DNA from: Verrucomicrobiota bacterium
GTDB taxonomy: Bacteria; Verrucomicrobiota; Verrucomicrobiia; Verrucomicrobiales; DEV007
Direction: 5' to 3'
Length of the DNA stretch: 64,000 nucleotides
NCBI GenBank assembly: GCA_045046875.1
Contig: JASFYY010000133.1
Coordinates: 34,996 to 98,995, forward strand
Shown here piece after piece: positions 26,757 through 35,708 of the stretch. A program made the position numbers and the translations under genes. Each line of letters begins with the position of its first letter. The stretch's first letter is position 1. A model generated the notes under the pieces. That model saw nothing but the letters and a program-made list of their open reading frames with translations, was not told the origin of the DNA and made no database searches.

Positions 26757-26886
26757 GAAAAAGTATAATATAAAAGTTAGTTCATAAATAATTATCGTTG
26801 CGAGATTTTGATTTTGGTTTGGCTGTCATAGGGTAAGTATTCCATTTTTTTTCTCTACTTTGGTGGATTTTGTGCCTTTCGTGGTT
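26736..26886. repeat. 9-bp periodic CACGAAA inverted-repeat pair, 5' of the GxxExxY gene
   Basis: TTTTACTACCACGAAAGGCACGAAAAA (26736-26762) versus TTTGGTGGATTTTGTGCCTTTCGTGGTT (26859-26886). Confidence 0.75.
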
Positions 26887-26911
26887 CCATAAAATGTGTT
26901 TTCTTTGTCAG

Positions 26912-28297
26912 ATGAAAACAGAAAGGTTTCTGACTTATTTATTCGCTGTGGCAATGGGGCTGATGATGGTTTCTGTAGATGTTCTGGCGACAGACGGTCT
27001 ACAGCTTGCAACCTTCCAGGTGGACATCACGCCGCCGGTTGGGGAGGGTGTCGGTCTCTTCGATAACAAAACGACGGAGGTCGAGCATCCGCTTTATGCG
27101 CGTGGGGTGGTGTTGAAAGATGGTGGCGGAACTTATGTTCTGTGTTCGCTCGATCTGGGAGGTTTGTGGAATGAAACCCATGCCCTGTTTCTCGACAAGC
27201 TTGCCAAGGCAGCGCAAACAGAGGCGCAGCATGTGGCGGTGCATTCGATCCACCAGCACACCGCTCCGTTTTTTGACGCCACGGCGGCCAGAATGCTTTA
27301 TCAGGATGACTTAAAAAAACAGGCGCTCGGACTCGACTACACAAAAGACGCGACAGACAAAATTGCTGTGGCGATCGAGAAGGCTATGCAGTCGATGCAA
27401 GTTGTCAGTCACGTGGGAACAGCAAAAGCAAAAGCCGAACGCGTTGCCTCCAATCGTCGCGTTCCCGGTCCGAATGGAACTTTGTTGACGCGTTACAGTG
27501 CGGTGCGGGAGGATGACAATTCGGACAAGGATGAGTTTTTGCGGAACGCGCCCGAGGGCTTGATTGATCCCTGGGTGCGTACGGTGACTTTTTACGACGG
27601 GGATAAAGCGCTGGTTCAAATGCACTATTACGCGATGCATCCGCAAACGGTGAAGGGGACAAAAATCACCTATGATGTGCCCGGTCTGGCTGTGGCTAAA
27701 TTGCAAAAAGAAACCGGTGTGCCGCAGATGTATTTTACTGGCTGTGGGGGCAATCTGGCGATGGGGAAATACAATCGTGGGATTGTTGAAGACCGTGCGG
27801 CATTGGCGGAACGCTTGTATCAGGCAATGGCGCGTGCGGCGAAAAGTCGTGAGGACAAAGAAGTGGTGTCACCTATTATTTGGAGAAGCAAAGCAATCGA
27901 CTTTCCATTGCGTGAGGAACCCGAATTTACGTTAGCTGCTCAGCAGAAAATCCTCAACGGTTCGAGTGCGGCTTCCGGTGCCCGGGCGAAAGCGGCCTTG
28001 CTGGTAGCTTGGATCGCACGGGTCAAGACTGGCAAGCCTATCAAAGCAAGCTGCCTGTCGATGGGCAAGCTGCGCTTGCTGCATTTACCAGGTGAGCCCT
28101 TTGTGCAGTTTCAATTGGCAGCGCAGAAAAGTGGGAGTGGTAATTTTGTTGCCACTGCGGCATTGGGTGAACTGGGTCCTTGTTATATTGGCGAAGATCG
28201 AATTTACACCGATGTGGGTGGATATGAACAGTCCTATGCTTTTGCCGGGCCGTGTGAGGAGATGGTGAAGAAGGTCATTGCAAGACTGGTGAAGTAG
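26912..28297 (+). CDS. Secreted neutral/alkaline ceramidase-like amidohydrolase
   Basis: Signal peptide; VDITPP, PLYARGVV, HSIHQHTAP, YAMHP, FTGCGGN, HLPGEPF, GGYE. Confidence 0.8.
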   Translation: MKTERFLTYLFAVAMGLMMVSVDVLATDGLQLATFQVDITPPVGEGVGLFDNKTTEVEHPLYARGVVLKDGGGTYVLCSLDLGGLWNETHALFLDKLAKAAQTEAQHVAVHSIHQHTAPFFDATAARMLYQDDLKKQALGLDYTKDATDKIAVAIEKAMQSMQVVSHVGTAKAKAERVASNRRVPGPNGTLLTRYSAVREDDNSDKDEFLRNAPEGLIDPWVRTVTFYDGDKALVQMHYYAMHPQTVKGTKITYDVPGLAVAKLQKETGVPQMYFTGCGGNLAMGKYNRGIVEDRAALAERLYQAMARAAKSREDKEVVSPIIWRSKAIDFPLREEPEFTLAAQQKILNGSSAASGARAKAALLVAWIARVKTGKPIKASCLSMGKLRLLHLPGEPFVQFQLAAQKSGSGNFVATAALGELGPCYIGEDRIYTDVGGYEQSYAFAGPCEEMVKKVIARLVK

Positions 28298-28386
28298 GAG
28301 AGAGGTGGCGGGCTCTTGGAGGGTTAATAAATCGCCCTTGGTATTTAGCTAGGTTGGCAGCGAATGATGAAATTTGCTTGTATCAG

Positions 28387-28914
28387 TTAGCGTATTTGGA
28401 AGCTGTTTATTATGCTCAGATAATTCTGTTCGTTTGGTTTGGGGGCTGATTTCCCTTCTTTTAACTGAAACATAAATTGAACAAGTTTTCCGTTAATAAC
28501 AAAGTAATAGTTTAGAAATTTTGATTTCACATCAGTGTTTTTCAAGGTGCTTAGAATAAGGGTTTTGTAGCCTTTGGCTCTATTGCCTTCTTTTAATGTG
28601 ATGAGCTCAGGGTCGCTTAATAGTGAGTATTTGATGCCGCCTTTATCGTCTTTCAGGTAAGCATTCACCATTTCTACAATGATAGGTTTGATTTTTTTAT
28701 TAGAGTATCCTGAATAATCACCTGAGAGTATTTGGATTAACCCTCGTTGGCCCTGGTTGTCGACATGATAAAACCCTTTGCTTCCGCTATCTTTTTGAAT
28801 TGTGAAGTTATTTGGATAGTTAAATGATACGAGGTCATCAGAATAAGTGTCAGCGGGAAAGGCGTTGCCTGTCGCAATGCCTAACAGCCATGCAATTATA
28901 AAAACCTTTTTCAT
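28387..28914 (-). CDS. Hypothetical secreted protein (PsbP/Mog1-like), AT-rich
   Basis: Signal peptide MKKVFIIAWLLGIATGNAFP; VSFNYPNNF start and IINSFQI end recall PsbP-like folds. Confidence 0.6.
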   Translation of the reverse strand: MKKVFIIAWLLGIATGNAFPADTYSDDLVSFNYPNNFTIQKDSGSKGFYHVDNQGQRGLIQILSGDYSGYSNKKIKPIIVEMVNAYLKDDKGGIKYSLLSDPELITLKEGNRAKGYKTLILSTLKNTDVKSKFLNYYFVINGKLVQFMFQLKEGKSAPKPNEQNYLSIINSFQIR

Positions 28915-28926
28915 GGCAAGGGGGGA

Positions 28927-29778
28927 TTACAAATCCAGGATTTTGTCCATGCGTTGGGCGATGTCTGCCAGGCGGGTGCGGTCGCCGCCGCGGACTTCGG
29001 CGGTTGCCCAACCTTTGAAGTGGATGCCTTTGAGGGCTGCGCGTACATTGGCCCAGTTGATGGTGCCTTCGCCGAGCTCCTTTGAGAAACCTGCTCTCAG
29101 GCCCTTGCTCTGGTGCAGTTTTTCATCCCACTCTTTGATGTCGAGTTTGCCGCCGATGCGTTGATTGATGAGTTCGATCCAATGTTCGGGAACGCCCCAA
29201 CGCACATTGTTGCCGACGTCAAAGTAGGATCCGAACCAGGGGCTGTCGATTTCATCGACGTAGCGCACCACATCGAGCGGGCTGATCAGGAATCCGGCCC
29301 AGACGTTTTCTACCAGGATTTTGACCTGGTGTTTTTCGGCGACGGGCAGGGCTTTGCGAATGACTTCCTGGGTGCCTTTCCAGCTTTCCATGTAAGGTTT
29401 CTTTTTATCGTAAACCGCAACGACCAGCACGGTATTGCCGCCGAGGGCTTTACTGAACTCGATAGCTCCGGCGATATCTGGATTGCCACCATTGACCACT
29501 CCGTGAACCGGTAACCCGGAGACTTCGATTGCTTTGCTGAATTCTTTTAAGTTAGGCGCGTCGGTGCCGCGCAGTTCGGTGCCGTCAAATCCGACGTCCT
29601 TGAGCATTTTAAATTTGTCGAGGTGCGACAGTTTGGGCTCTTTGACCATCGAGTATTTGACTGCTTTTTTGATCGTGCCGGTGAATTCTCCGGCACGAAC
29701 TGATGAGAGCAAGCCCGAAGAGCTGCCGATCGCGGCGGCGGCCAGGGTGGAGTTTTGGATGAATTGACGTCGTTTCAT
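28927..29778 (-). CDS. Tat-exported sugar phosphate isomerase/epimerase (AP endonuclease 2 TIM barrel)
   Basis: KRRQFIQ, GFDGTEL, LVENVW, YFDVGN, LDIKE, GEGTINW, TAEV. Confidence 0.88.
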   Translation of the reverse strand: MKRRQFIQNSTLAAAAIGSSSGLLSSVRAGEFTGTIKKAVKYSMVKEPKLSHLDKFKMLKDVGFDGTELRGTDAPNLKEFSKAIEVSGLPVHGVVNGGNPDIAGAIEFSKALGGNTVLVVAVYDKKKPYMESWKGTQEVIRKALPVAEKHQVKILVENVWAGFLISPLDVVRYVDEIDSPWFGSYFDVGNNVRWGVPEHWIELINQRIGGKLDIKEWDEKLHQSKGLRAGFSKELGEGTINWANVRAALKGIHFKGWATAEVRGGDRTRLADIAQRMDKILDL

Positions 29779-29801
29779 AGGGGGGATTTATTTGATGTTT
29801 T

Positions 29802-31400
29802 TTATTCAGCGGCGGCCTGGCTGACTTCGCCATCGAGCAGGCGCCAGATTTGAGCTGGGTTGTCATTTTTCAGTTCGGCGGGCAGAGCTTGCTGCGGCCA
29901 GCCTTGATAACAAACCGGACGCACAAAGCGGTAGATACAACGGGTGCCAATACTGGTGAAATGGCTGTGTGAAGAAGCCGGGTAAGGGCCACCGTGGTGC
30001 ATCGCGTGGCAGACTTCGATTCCTGTTGGGTAACCGTTGAAGATAAGTCGTCCGACTTTGGTTTCGAGTATACGGATCAGACCGGCGTGTTCAGCCAGAT
30101 CTTCGTCAGTGCCATGGATGCTGGCGGTGAGCGAGCCTTCGAGCTGGTCGGCAAAGTGTTCGAGTTCGTCAACCGACTGGCATTTGCTGACGGTGGAGAC
30201 CGGGCCAAAAACTTCATCGTAGAGTTGGGGGTGGTCACGCAGGGTGGCGCTGTCGGTTTCGAAGATCGAACAGGCGGCCTGGTTTTTTTCCGCCGAGGCT
30301 TTTTCCCCGGACTGACCTATCAGGGAAAACCCGTCGATGTGGTCGATCGCGTTGACCCCTTTCCAGAAAGCTTCGTGGATGCCGGGGTGCAGCATGGTGG
30401 CCGGCGGTGCCTGTTTGGCACTTTCCGCGGCTGATGCGGTGAAGGTGCCGAGGTCGTCTGAATCGACGGCGAAGACCAGTCCGGGACAGGTGCAGAACTG
30501 ACCGACTCCGAGCGTGACGGACTGGATGAAATCACTGCCGATTTGTGCGGCGCGTTCTTTCAGCGCACCGGGCAAAAGGAAGATCGGGTTGACGCTGCCC
30601 ATTTCAGCGTAGACAGGGATCGGGTGCGGGCGGGCGGCGGCGGCATCACACAGAGCACGTCCTCCGGCCAGTGATCCGGTGAAAGCCACGGCCTGGGTTT
30701 GCGGGTGTTTGACCAGTGCCATGCCGGTATCATGGCTGCGTCCGTGGATGAGGGAAAAAGTGCCTTCGGGCAGGCCGCATTTTTTTACCGCGGCGAGCAC
30801 CGCGCGGGTGGCGAGTTCGCAGGTGGCGGGATGAGCGGGGTGAGCTTTGACGATCACCGGACAGCCTGAAGCCAGAGCCGAGACGGTGTCGGCTCCGAGC
30901 ACGGAAATGGCGATGGGAAAGTTACTGGCGCCAAAAACGACTACCGGGCCAATCGGCAGCATCATGCTGCGCACGTCGGGTTTGGGTAGCGGTTGGCGGT
31001 CGGGTTGGGGCAGGTCGATGCGGGCATCAACCCAGGAGCCGTCGCGGAGGAGTTCGGCGAATTGGCGGGCTTGGCCGATGGCGCGTCCACGCTCGCCTTC
31101 GCAGCGGGGGCGGGGCAGGCCGGTCTCCGCCTGGGCTTGTTCGACAAACTGGTCTCCCAGGGCTTCGACTTCTGCGACGATGGTTTCGAGAAATACCGCA
31201 CGTTGTTCCGCGCTGGTGTGGCGGAATTCGTCAAAGGCGGCGCTGGCCAACTGCAGGGCCTGATCGATTTCGTCAGTACTGGCTTCGTGAAAGTGGGTGG
31301 GCAGAGCTTCGTTACTGGCCGGGTTGATGCTTTGAAAGGTAACAGGGTTTTGCGCAGAGTTTTGACTGCCGATGAATTGTTGTCCGTGGAGTTCGATCAT
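29802..31400 (-). CDS. NADP-dependent aldehyde dehydrogenase (2-ketoglutarate semialdehyde dehydrogenase-like)
   Basis: VFGASNFP, FTGS, AEMGSVNP, GQFCTCPG, EVFGP, HGGPYPAS. Confidence 0.93.
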   Translation of the reverse strand: MIELHGQQFIGSQNSAQNPVTFQSINPASNEALPTHFHEASTDEIDQALQLASAAFDEFRHTSAEQRAVFLETIVAEVEALGDQFVEQAQAETGLPRPRCEGERGRAIGQARQFAELLRDGSWVDARIDLPQPDRQPLPKPDVRSMMLPIGPVVVFGASNFPIAISVLGADTVSALASGCPVIVKAHPAHPATCELATRAVLAAVKKCGLPEGTFSLIHGRSHDTGMALVKHPQTQAVAFTGSLAGGRALCDAAAARPHPIPVYAEMGSVNPIFLLPGALKERAAQIGSDFIQSVTLGVGQFCTCPGLVFAVDSDDLGTFTASAAESAKQAPPATMLHPGIHEAFWKGVNAIDHIDGFSLIGQSGEKASAEKNQAACSIFETDSATLRDHPQLYDEVFGPVSTVSKCQSVDELEHFADQLEGSLTASIHGTDEDLAEHAGLIRILETKVGRLIFNGYPTGIEVCHAMHHGGPYPASSHSHFTSIGTRCIYRFVRPVCYQGWPQQALPAELKNDNPAQIWRLLDGEVSQAAAE

Positions 31401-31426
31401 GGGTAAATATTTTTGATTTTCGAGGT

Positions 31427-32335
31427 TCAGGCCTTGAGTAGATTATTGGCGGCGGTGGTAACTTTTTCTTTTTCGGATTCAGAAAGGTTTGAGAGCAGCG
31501 GCAGGGCGGGACCCATGTTGGCGATACCGCAGAGGCTGACGGCGTCGTGCAGCACTCGCACTGGATTGATCCCGTTGCGTAAGTTCTCGAGTTCTTCGAA
31601 TCCCTGGCGCAATTTTTCGGCCAGTTCGAAGTCGCCGGCCTGAATGGCTACTAACATTTGCTGACTGAGGTCGGGGCGGATACAGACGCAGCCGGCGGTG
31701 AATCCGGTGATGCCAAAATCACGCAGGTGGGTGATGGCGGGTTGCTCGCCGATGCCGCTGACGATGATGCCCGGGTCGATGATGGAAGTGAGTTCTTTCA
31801 GGTAGTTGTCCTCAGCCGGATTGTCACGGACGGTGGCGTATTTGATCCACGAGATCAAGCCGTCGTCGACCAGTCGTCGTGCGTTTTGTGGTTCGAGGTA
31901 ATTGTCGTATTTGATGTAGAGCACGATGGGTTTGCCCAGTGCTTCGGCAAAGTTGCGCACGCCTTTTTCCACTCCTTCGGGAGTGGTCAGGATGGTGTGG
32001 GGCAGGATCATGACGGTGGGGAAGTCGAAGTCTTTGAGCACAGCGACTTGATCCATCATGGTGCCGTAAGCGGGGCCGACTGAGGGGACGATCAGGGTAT
32101 CGGTGGCAGCGGATTCCGCCAGTGAGGCAAGGATGTTGTGGTATTCACTGAGCGCAATGTGGTAAAAATTGGCATTGCCACCATAGAGCAAGGTCGATAC
32201 ACCGCCGGCTTCGATATGGCGGATCAGGCGGGTGTTTTCGACGGGGTCGAATACAAGATCGCTGGTGCGTGCCAATGGGGGCACGGCGATGACGGATTTG
32301 CGGAGGTGCTCAGAAGTGACCGGTGTCGTTTGCAT
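31427..32335 (-). CDS. DHDPS/class I aldolase-family protein (possible 2-keto-3-deoxy sugar acid dehydratase)
   Basis: VIAVPP, LLYGGNANFY, LYIK, Schiff-base IKYA, SGIGE, FTAG. Confidence 0.85.
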   Translation of the reverse strand: MQTTPVTSEHLRKSVIAVPPLARTSDLVFDPVENTRLIRHIEAGGVSTLLYGGNANFYHIALSEYHNILASLAESAATDTLIVPSVGPAYGTMMDQVAVLKDFDFPTVMILPHTILTTPEGVEKGVRNFAEALGKPIVLYIKYDNYLEPQNARRLVDDGLISWIKYATVRDNPAEDNYLKELTSIIDPGIIVSGIGEQPAITHLRDFGITGFTAGCVCIRPDLSQQMLVAIQAGDFELAEKLRQGFEELENLRNGINPVRVLHDAVSLCGIANMGPALPLLSNLSESEKEKVTTAANNLLKA

Positions 32336-32471
32336 GGGGATTAGTCCGTCAGGATGAGGCGCTTGGATAGCATTTTTTGTGGGTTTTTAATTTTTGCCGG
32401 GCAGGCGGGATTTTAGAGGTAAATGTTATTAGCTCTTGCCAGTTACTTGTTTTTTGAGCGATACTTTGTTT

Positions 32472-33026
32472 ATGAATAAATCGAAGAGCGGTGTGGCCAG
32501 AGGCTTGGCTTTTTTTTGTGGGATGTTGATGGTGGGGGTTTTGGCTCAGCTTCCGCTTTTGGCGGAGGAGGACTTTCCTGGCAAAGCGGTGTTTGAAAAA
32601 TTGGTGGGGCAGTGGACCAGTGAAGGGGAGTTGACTGCGATCAACGGGGATGTGATCAAGGTGAGCGAGACCTGGGTGGGCAAGTTTGTGGATGAGGGCA
32701 AAGGTTTTCTGATTGAAGGGGATCGGCTGTGGAACGGGGAGAGTCAGACTTTCAAGTGGGAGTATTCCTTTAATGCGACGCTTCAGTTGCTCGAGGTGAT
32801 TTACAGCTCATCGGATCTCGACAAGGAGCTGCCGATGGAGGTGTCGGTGAACGAAGCAGAGGGCAGTGTCCTGCGCCGGGCACAGATGGGCGCTGAGGGG
32901 GCGGAGATCATGATCGAAACCAAGTTTGAAAAAGGTAAACTGATCAGTCAGGTGACGCTCACCGGAGCTGATGGGCAGACGACCTTGGAAGGAAGCTTCA
33001 AGCACGACCGGAAAGCGGCGAACTAG
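32472..33026 (+). CDS. Hypothetical secreted beta-barrel protein (DUF1579-like)
   Basis: Signal peptide; KLVGQWTSEG lipocalin-type GxW motif. Confidence 0.65.
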   Translation: MNKSKSGVARGLAFFCGMLMVGVLAQLPLLAEEDFPGKAVFEKLVGQWTSEGELTAINGDVIKVSETWVGKFVDEGKGFLIEGDRLWNGESQTFKWEYSFNATLQLLEVIYSSSDLDKELPMEVSVNEAEGSVLRRAQMGAEGAEIMIETKFEKGKLISQVTLTGADGQTTLEGSFKHDRKAAN

Positions 33027-33055
33027 GCGAGCGGTCGAATATAGCGGGTGATGGC

Positions 33056-34273
33056 TCAGCGATAAATGAGATGGCGCTGGCGGCGTTTGAGAAATTGAGC
33101 GGCTTCGGGCTGCCAGCCTTGGCGGATGTCGGCCAGGGAGGACTGTTTGGTGAGGGCTTTGAGGGTGGCGGGATGCAATAGCAGGGTGTTGAGTTTTTGT
33201 TTGGGATCGAATTTGTCTGGATAGAGGGACAGTAAGGTGCGGGCGAGGGCCAGTCCGGTATCGAGGCTTTGATAGGTCTGTCGATCGGTGAGGGTGATTT
33301 TGACTCCGTAGCAGGTTTGCTTGGCGAAGACACTGGAGTCCGGACGGAAGGTGGTGGCTTTGAATTTTACTCCAGGCAGGCGGTAGGCATTGAGCTTTTT
33401 GGTCAATAGATTGGCGTCGATGTAGGGGGCACCGACGATTTCGAAAGGGGTGTTGGTGCCGCGTCCGACGGAGACCTTGGTGAACTCGATCAAGCCGATG
33501 CCGGGGTAGAGTATGGCTTGTTTGAGATTGCGGATGTTAGGGGAGGGATTGATCCAGGGCAGTTGGGTGTTATCGAAAAATTGGGAGCGCTGCCAATTCT
33601 GGATGGGGATGACCGTGAGTTGGGTTTTGAGCTTTTTTTCACTATTGATCATCTGCGCCAGCTCCCCAATGGTCATGCCGTGTTGGATGCTGATGTCATG
33701 ATAAGCGACAAATTTGGACGGCCCGACACGGACTGGGCCATCGACTTTATGTCCGCCAATTGGATTGACCCGATCCAGCACGATGAACTTTTTCCCGGCG
33801 TCTGCAGCGGCTTCCAGGCATAGACCCATGGTTGATATATAAGTGTAAAAACGGCAGCCAATGTCTTGGATGTCAAAGACTAAGGCGTCGATGTCCTGCA
33901 TTTGACTGGGATTGGGTTTACGGATTTTGTTTTTGTATAAACTGAAAATGGGAATGCCGGTTTTGCCGTCCTTGGTGTCGTCAATTTTTTCCTGATCCTG
34001 TTGACCTCGGATGCCGTGCTCCGGACTGAAGAGGGCGACCAGCTTGACTCCAGGAGCCTCGTTGAGCAGGTCGATGGTGGATCGCCCCTGGCGGTCGATG
34101 CCAGTTTGGTTGGTGATCAAGCCGATGCGCAGTCCGGCCAGTGGGGCGAAGTTTTGCGCGGCGAGGTGGTCGATGCCATTGAGCACCGGTTGAGCGGAGG
34201 GAGAAGATTGCGCATGCGGGTGCGGCCAAAGCAGCAGGGTGGCAAGGAGGAGGGCAATCCGGCGGAACTTCAT
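33056..34273 (-). CDS. namZ: Exo-beta-N-acetylmuramidase NamZ (DUF1343/YbbC)
   Basis: GLITNQTG, LFSPEHG, FDIQDIGCRFYTY, HGMTIGELA, PSPN, SVGRGT. Confidence 0.9.
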   Translation of the reverse strand: MKFRRIALLLATLLLWPHPHAQSSPSAQPVLNGIDHLAAQNFAPLAGLRIGLITNQTGIDRQGRSTIDLLNEAPGVKLVALFSPEHGIRGQQDQEKIDDTKDGKTGIPIFSLYKNKIRKPNPSQMQDIDALVFDIQDIGCRFYTYISTMGLCLEAAADAGKKFIVLDRVNPIGGHKVDGPVRVGPSKFVAYHDISIQHGMTIGELAQMINSEKKLKTQLTVIPIQNWQRSQFFDNTQLPWINPSPNIRNLKQAILYPGIGLIEFTKVSVGRGTNTPFEIVGAPYIDANLLTKKLNAYRLPGVKFKATTFRPDSSVFAKQTCYGVKITLTDRQTYQSLDTGLALARTLLSLYPDKFDPKQKLNTLLLHPATLKALTKQSSLADIRQGWQPEAAQFLKRRQRHLIYR

Positions 34274-34294
34274 GAACTTGTTTGCTGCGTGACT

Positions 34295-35128
34295 TTAACT
34301 CGAGCTTTCTTCGTCCTCATCGCCATCTTGTTGGACTTTGAGGCAAGGCAGGCAAAATTCATCACCATCGGCAGCGACGCGGAATTCCAGTGTGGGATCG
34401 GCGATGTCATCGATTCCACAACTGGTGCAGCTGTGGAAAGCCTCTCCGGCAGGAGCTCGGGTATCCGCGATGAATTTGGATTTGCGGTTGGCGGCTTTGC
34501 CACGCTGTTTCATGTCGCGAATGAAGTTGGGGCCGAAAACCACCAGGTAGGGAAGCAGGCCTGCTAATAAAAAAAGCCCGATCAGAGGAGAGGCCAGGGC
34601 GATCAGCAGAAGAATTCCTGCTCCCACCCATGCCAGGTATTTTATTTTTATCGGGATAATCAGCATCAGTAGGATTTCCTGATTGGGGTAGATGCTGGCA
34701 AAAGCAAAAAAGAGATTGCTGTAAACGAGCATGGATAGGAGGGCGCCTGCGCCTGATGCCGATGGAAAGATAAGCCCTATGGCGGTGAGACAAAAAAGAC
34801 AGCCGTAGAGGTAGAGATTGACCCTGAAGCTGCCCCAGGCGGACTCAAGTCCGTTGCTGATAAACCAAAGGAAGAGCACGGCAAACAGAATCCAGATAAA
34901 GCTGGTGGTTCTTGGAAAAAACACATAACTGAATAATCTCCAAACCTGCCCTTCCAGGATAAGGTCCCGGTCAAAGGTGAGCAGATTCATGTAGTTGGGA
35001 TCCAGTTTTGCCAAGACAAAAACGAGGAACTGGAAGCCGGCGAGCCAGTGCAACAAAGAGGGGATGGCGAGGTGACCGAATTTGCGTTCGATATTATCAA
35101 CCAGTCTGGAGCCAGATCCGTAAGCCAT
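34295..35128 (-). CDS. Rhomboid/derlin-like membrane protein with C-terminal Cys-rich motif
   Basis: ILEGQVWRLFSY, LESAWGSFRVNLY, PIKIKYLAW; C-terminal HSCTSCG..EFC. No clear GxSG catalytic motif. Confidence 0.72.
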   Translation of the reverse strand: MAYGSGSRLVDNIERKFGHLAIPSLLHWLAGFQFLVFVLAKLDPNYMNLLTFDRDLILEGQVWRLFSYVFFPRTTSFIWILFAVLFLWFISNGLESAWGSFRVNLYLYGCLFCLTAIGLIFPSASGAGALLSMLVYSNLFFAFASIYPNQEILLMLIIPIKIKYLAWVGAGILLLIALASPLIGLFLLAGLLPYLVVFGPNFIRDMKQRGKAANRKSKFIADTRAPAGEAFHSCTSCGIDDIADPTLEFRVAADGDEFCLPCLKVQQDGDEDEESSS

Positions 35129-35333
35129 GATTTTTTCAATGAATGAGCCGCTGTGACCAGAAGAGGGCAAAGTAGGCGGAACCATCATAGCATGGCTGCG
35201 CGTGAACGAAAGCGGGGGATTGAGAATTTGGTATCAGCTTTGTTGCAGCGTTGACTTCCGGAGGAAATGGGGCAGGTTAGTTTGAACAAGAGTAGGCTGG
35301 TTGCGGCCTCGTTTAATAAAAAATTTACCTGAG

Positions 35334-35708
35334 ATGAGATCTTTACTGCGATCAAAACTCCATTTGGCTACCATCACGGAGGCGAACCTCGACTATGTCG
35401 GCAGCGTCACTATTGATAGCGCCCTGCTTGAAGCGGTCGACTTGTGGCCGGGGGAAAAGGTATTGATTGTGAACCAGACGACGGGGGTTCGTTTGGAAAC
35501 TTATGTAATCAAGGGCGAGGCGGGATCCGGAGCGATCGAGATCAATGGAGCGGCGGCGCATCTGGTGAATCCGGGTGAGAAGGTCATCATCATGGGTTTT
35601 GAGTTGGCGACCAAGCCGATTGTGCCCAAGGTGATTCTGTTGGATGAGCAGAACCGGATTGAGCGTTTTTTGACCGAACAGCCTGCTACGACTCTGGATA
35701 TGGTCTGA
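35334..35708 (+). CDS. panD: Aspartate 1-decarboxylase
   Basis: RSKLH, YVG|SVTID self-cleavage site, RLETYVI, NGAAAH. Confidence 0.95.
   Translation: MRSLLRSKLHLATITEANLDYVGSVTIDSALLEAVDLWPGEKVLIVNQTTGVRLETYVIKGEAGSGAIEINGAAAHLVNPGEKVIIMGFELATKPIVPKVILLDEQNRIERFLTEQPATTLDMV

Noticed and set aside
26120..26886. CRISPR array
   Set aside because: Units are 9-bp tandem and inverted, without regular unique spacers, and there are no cas genes.
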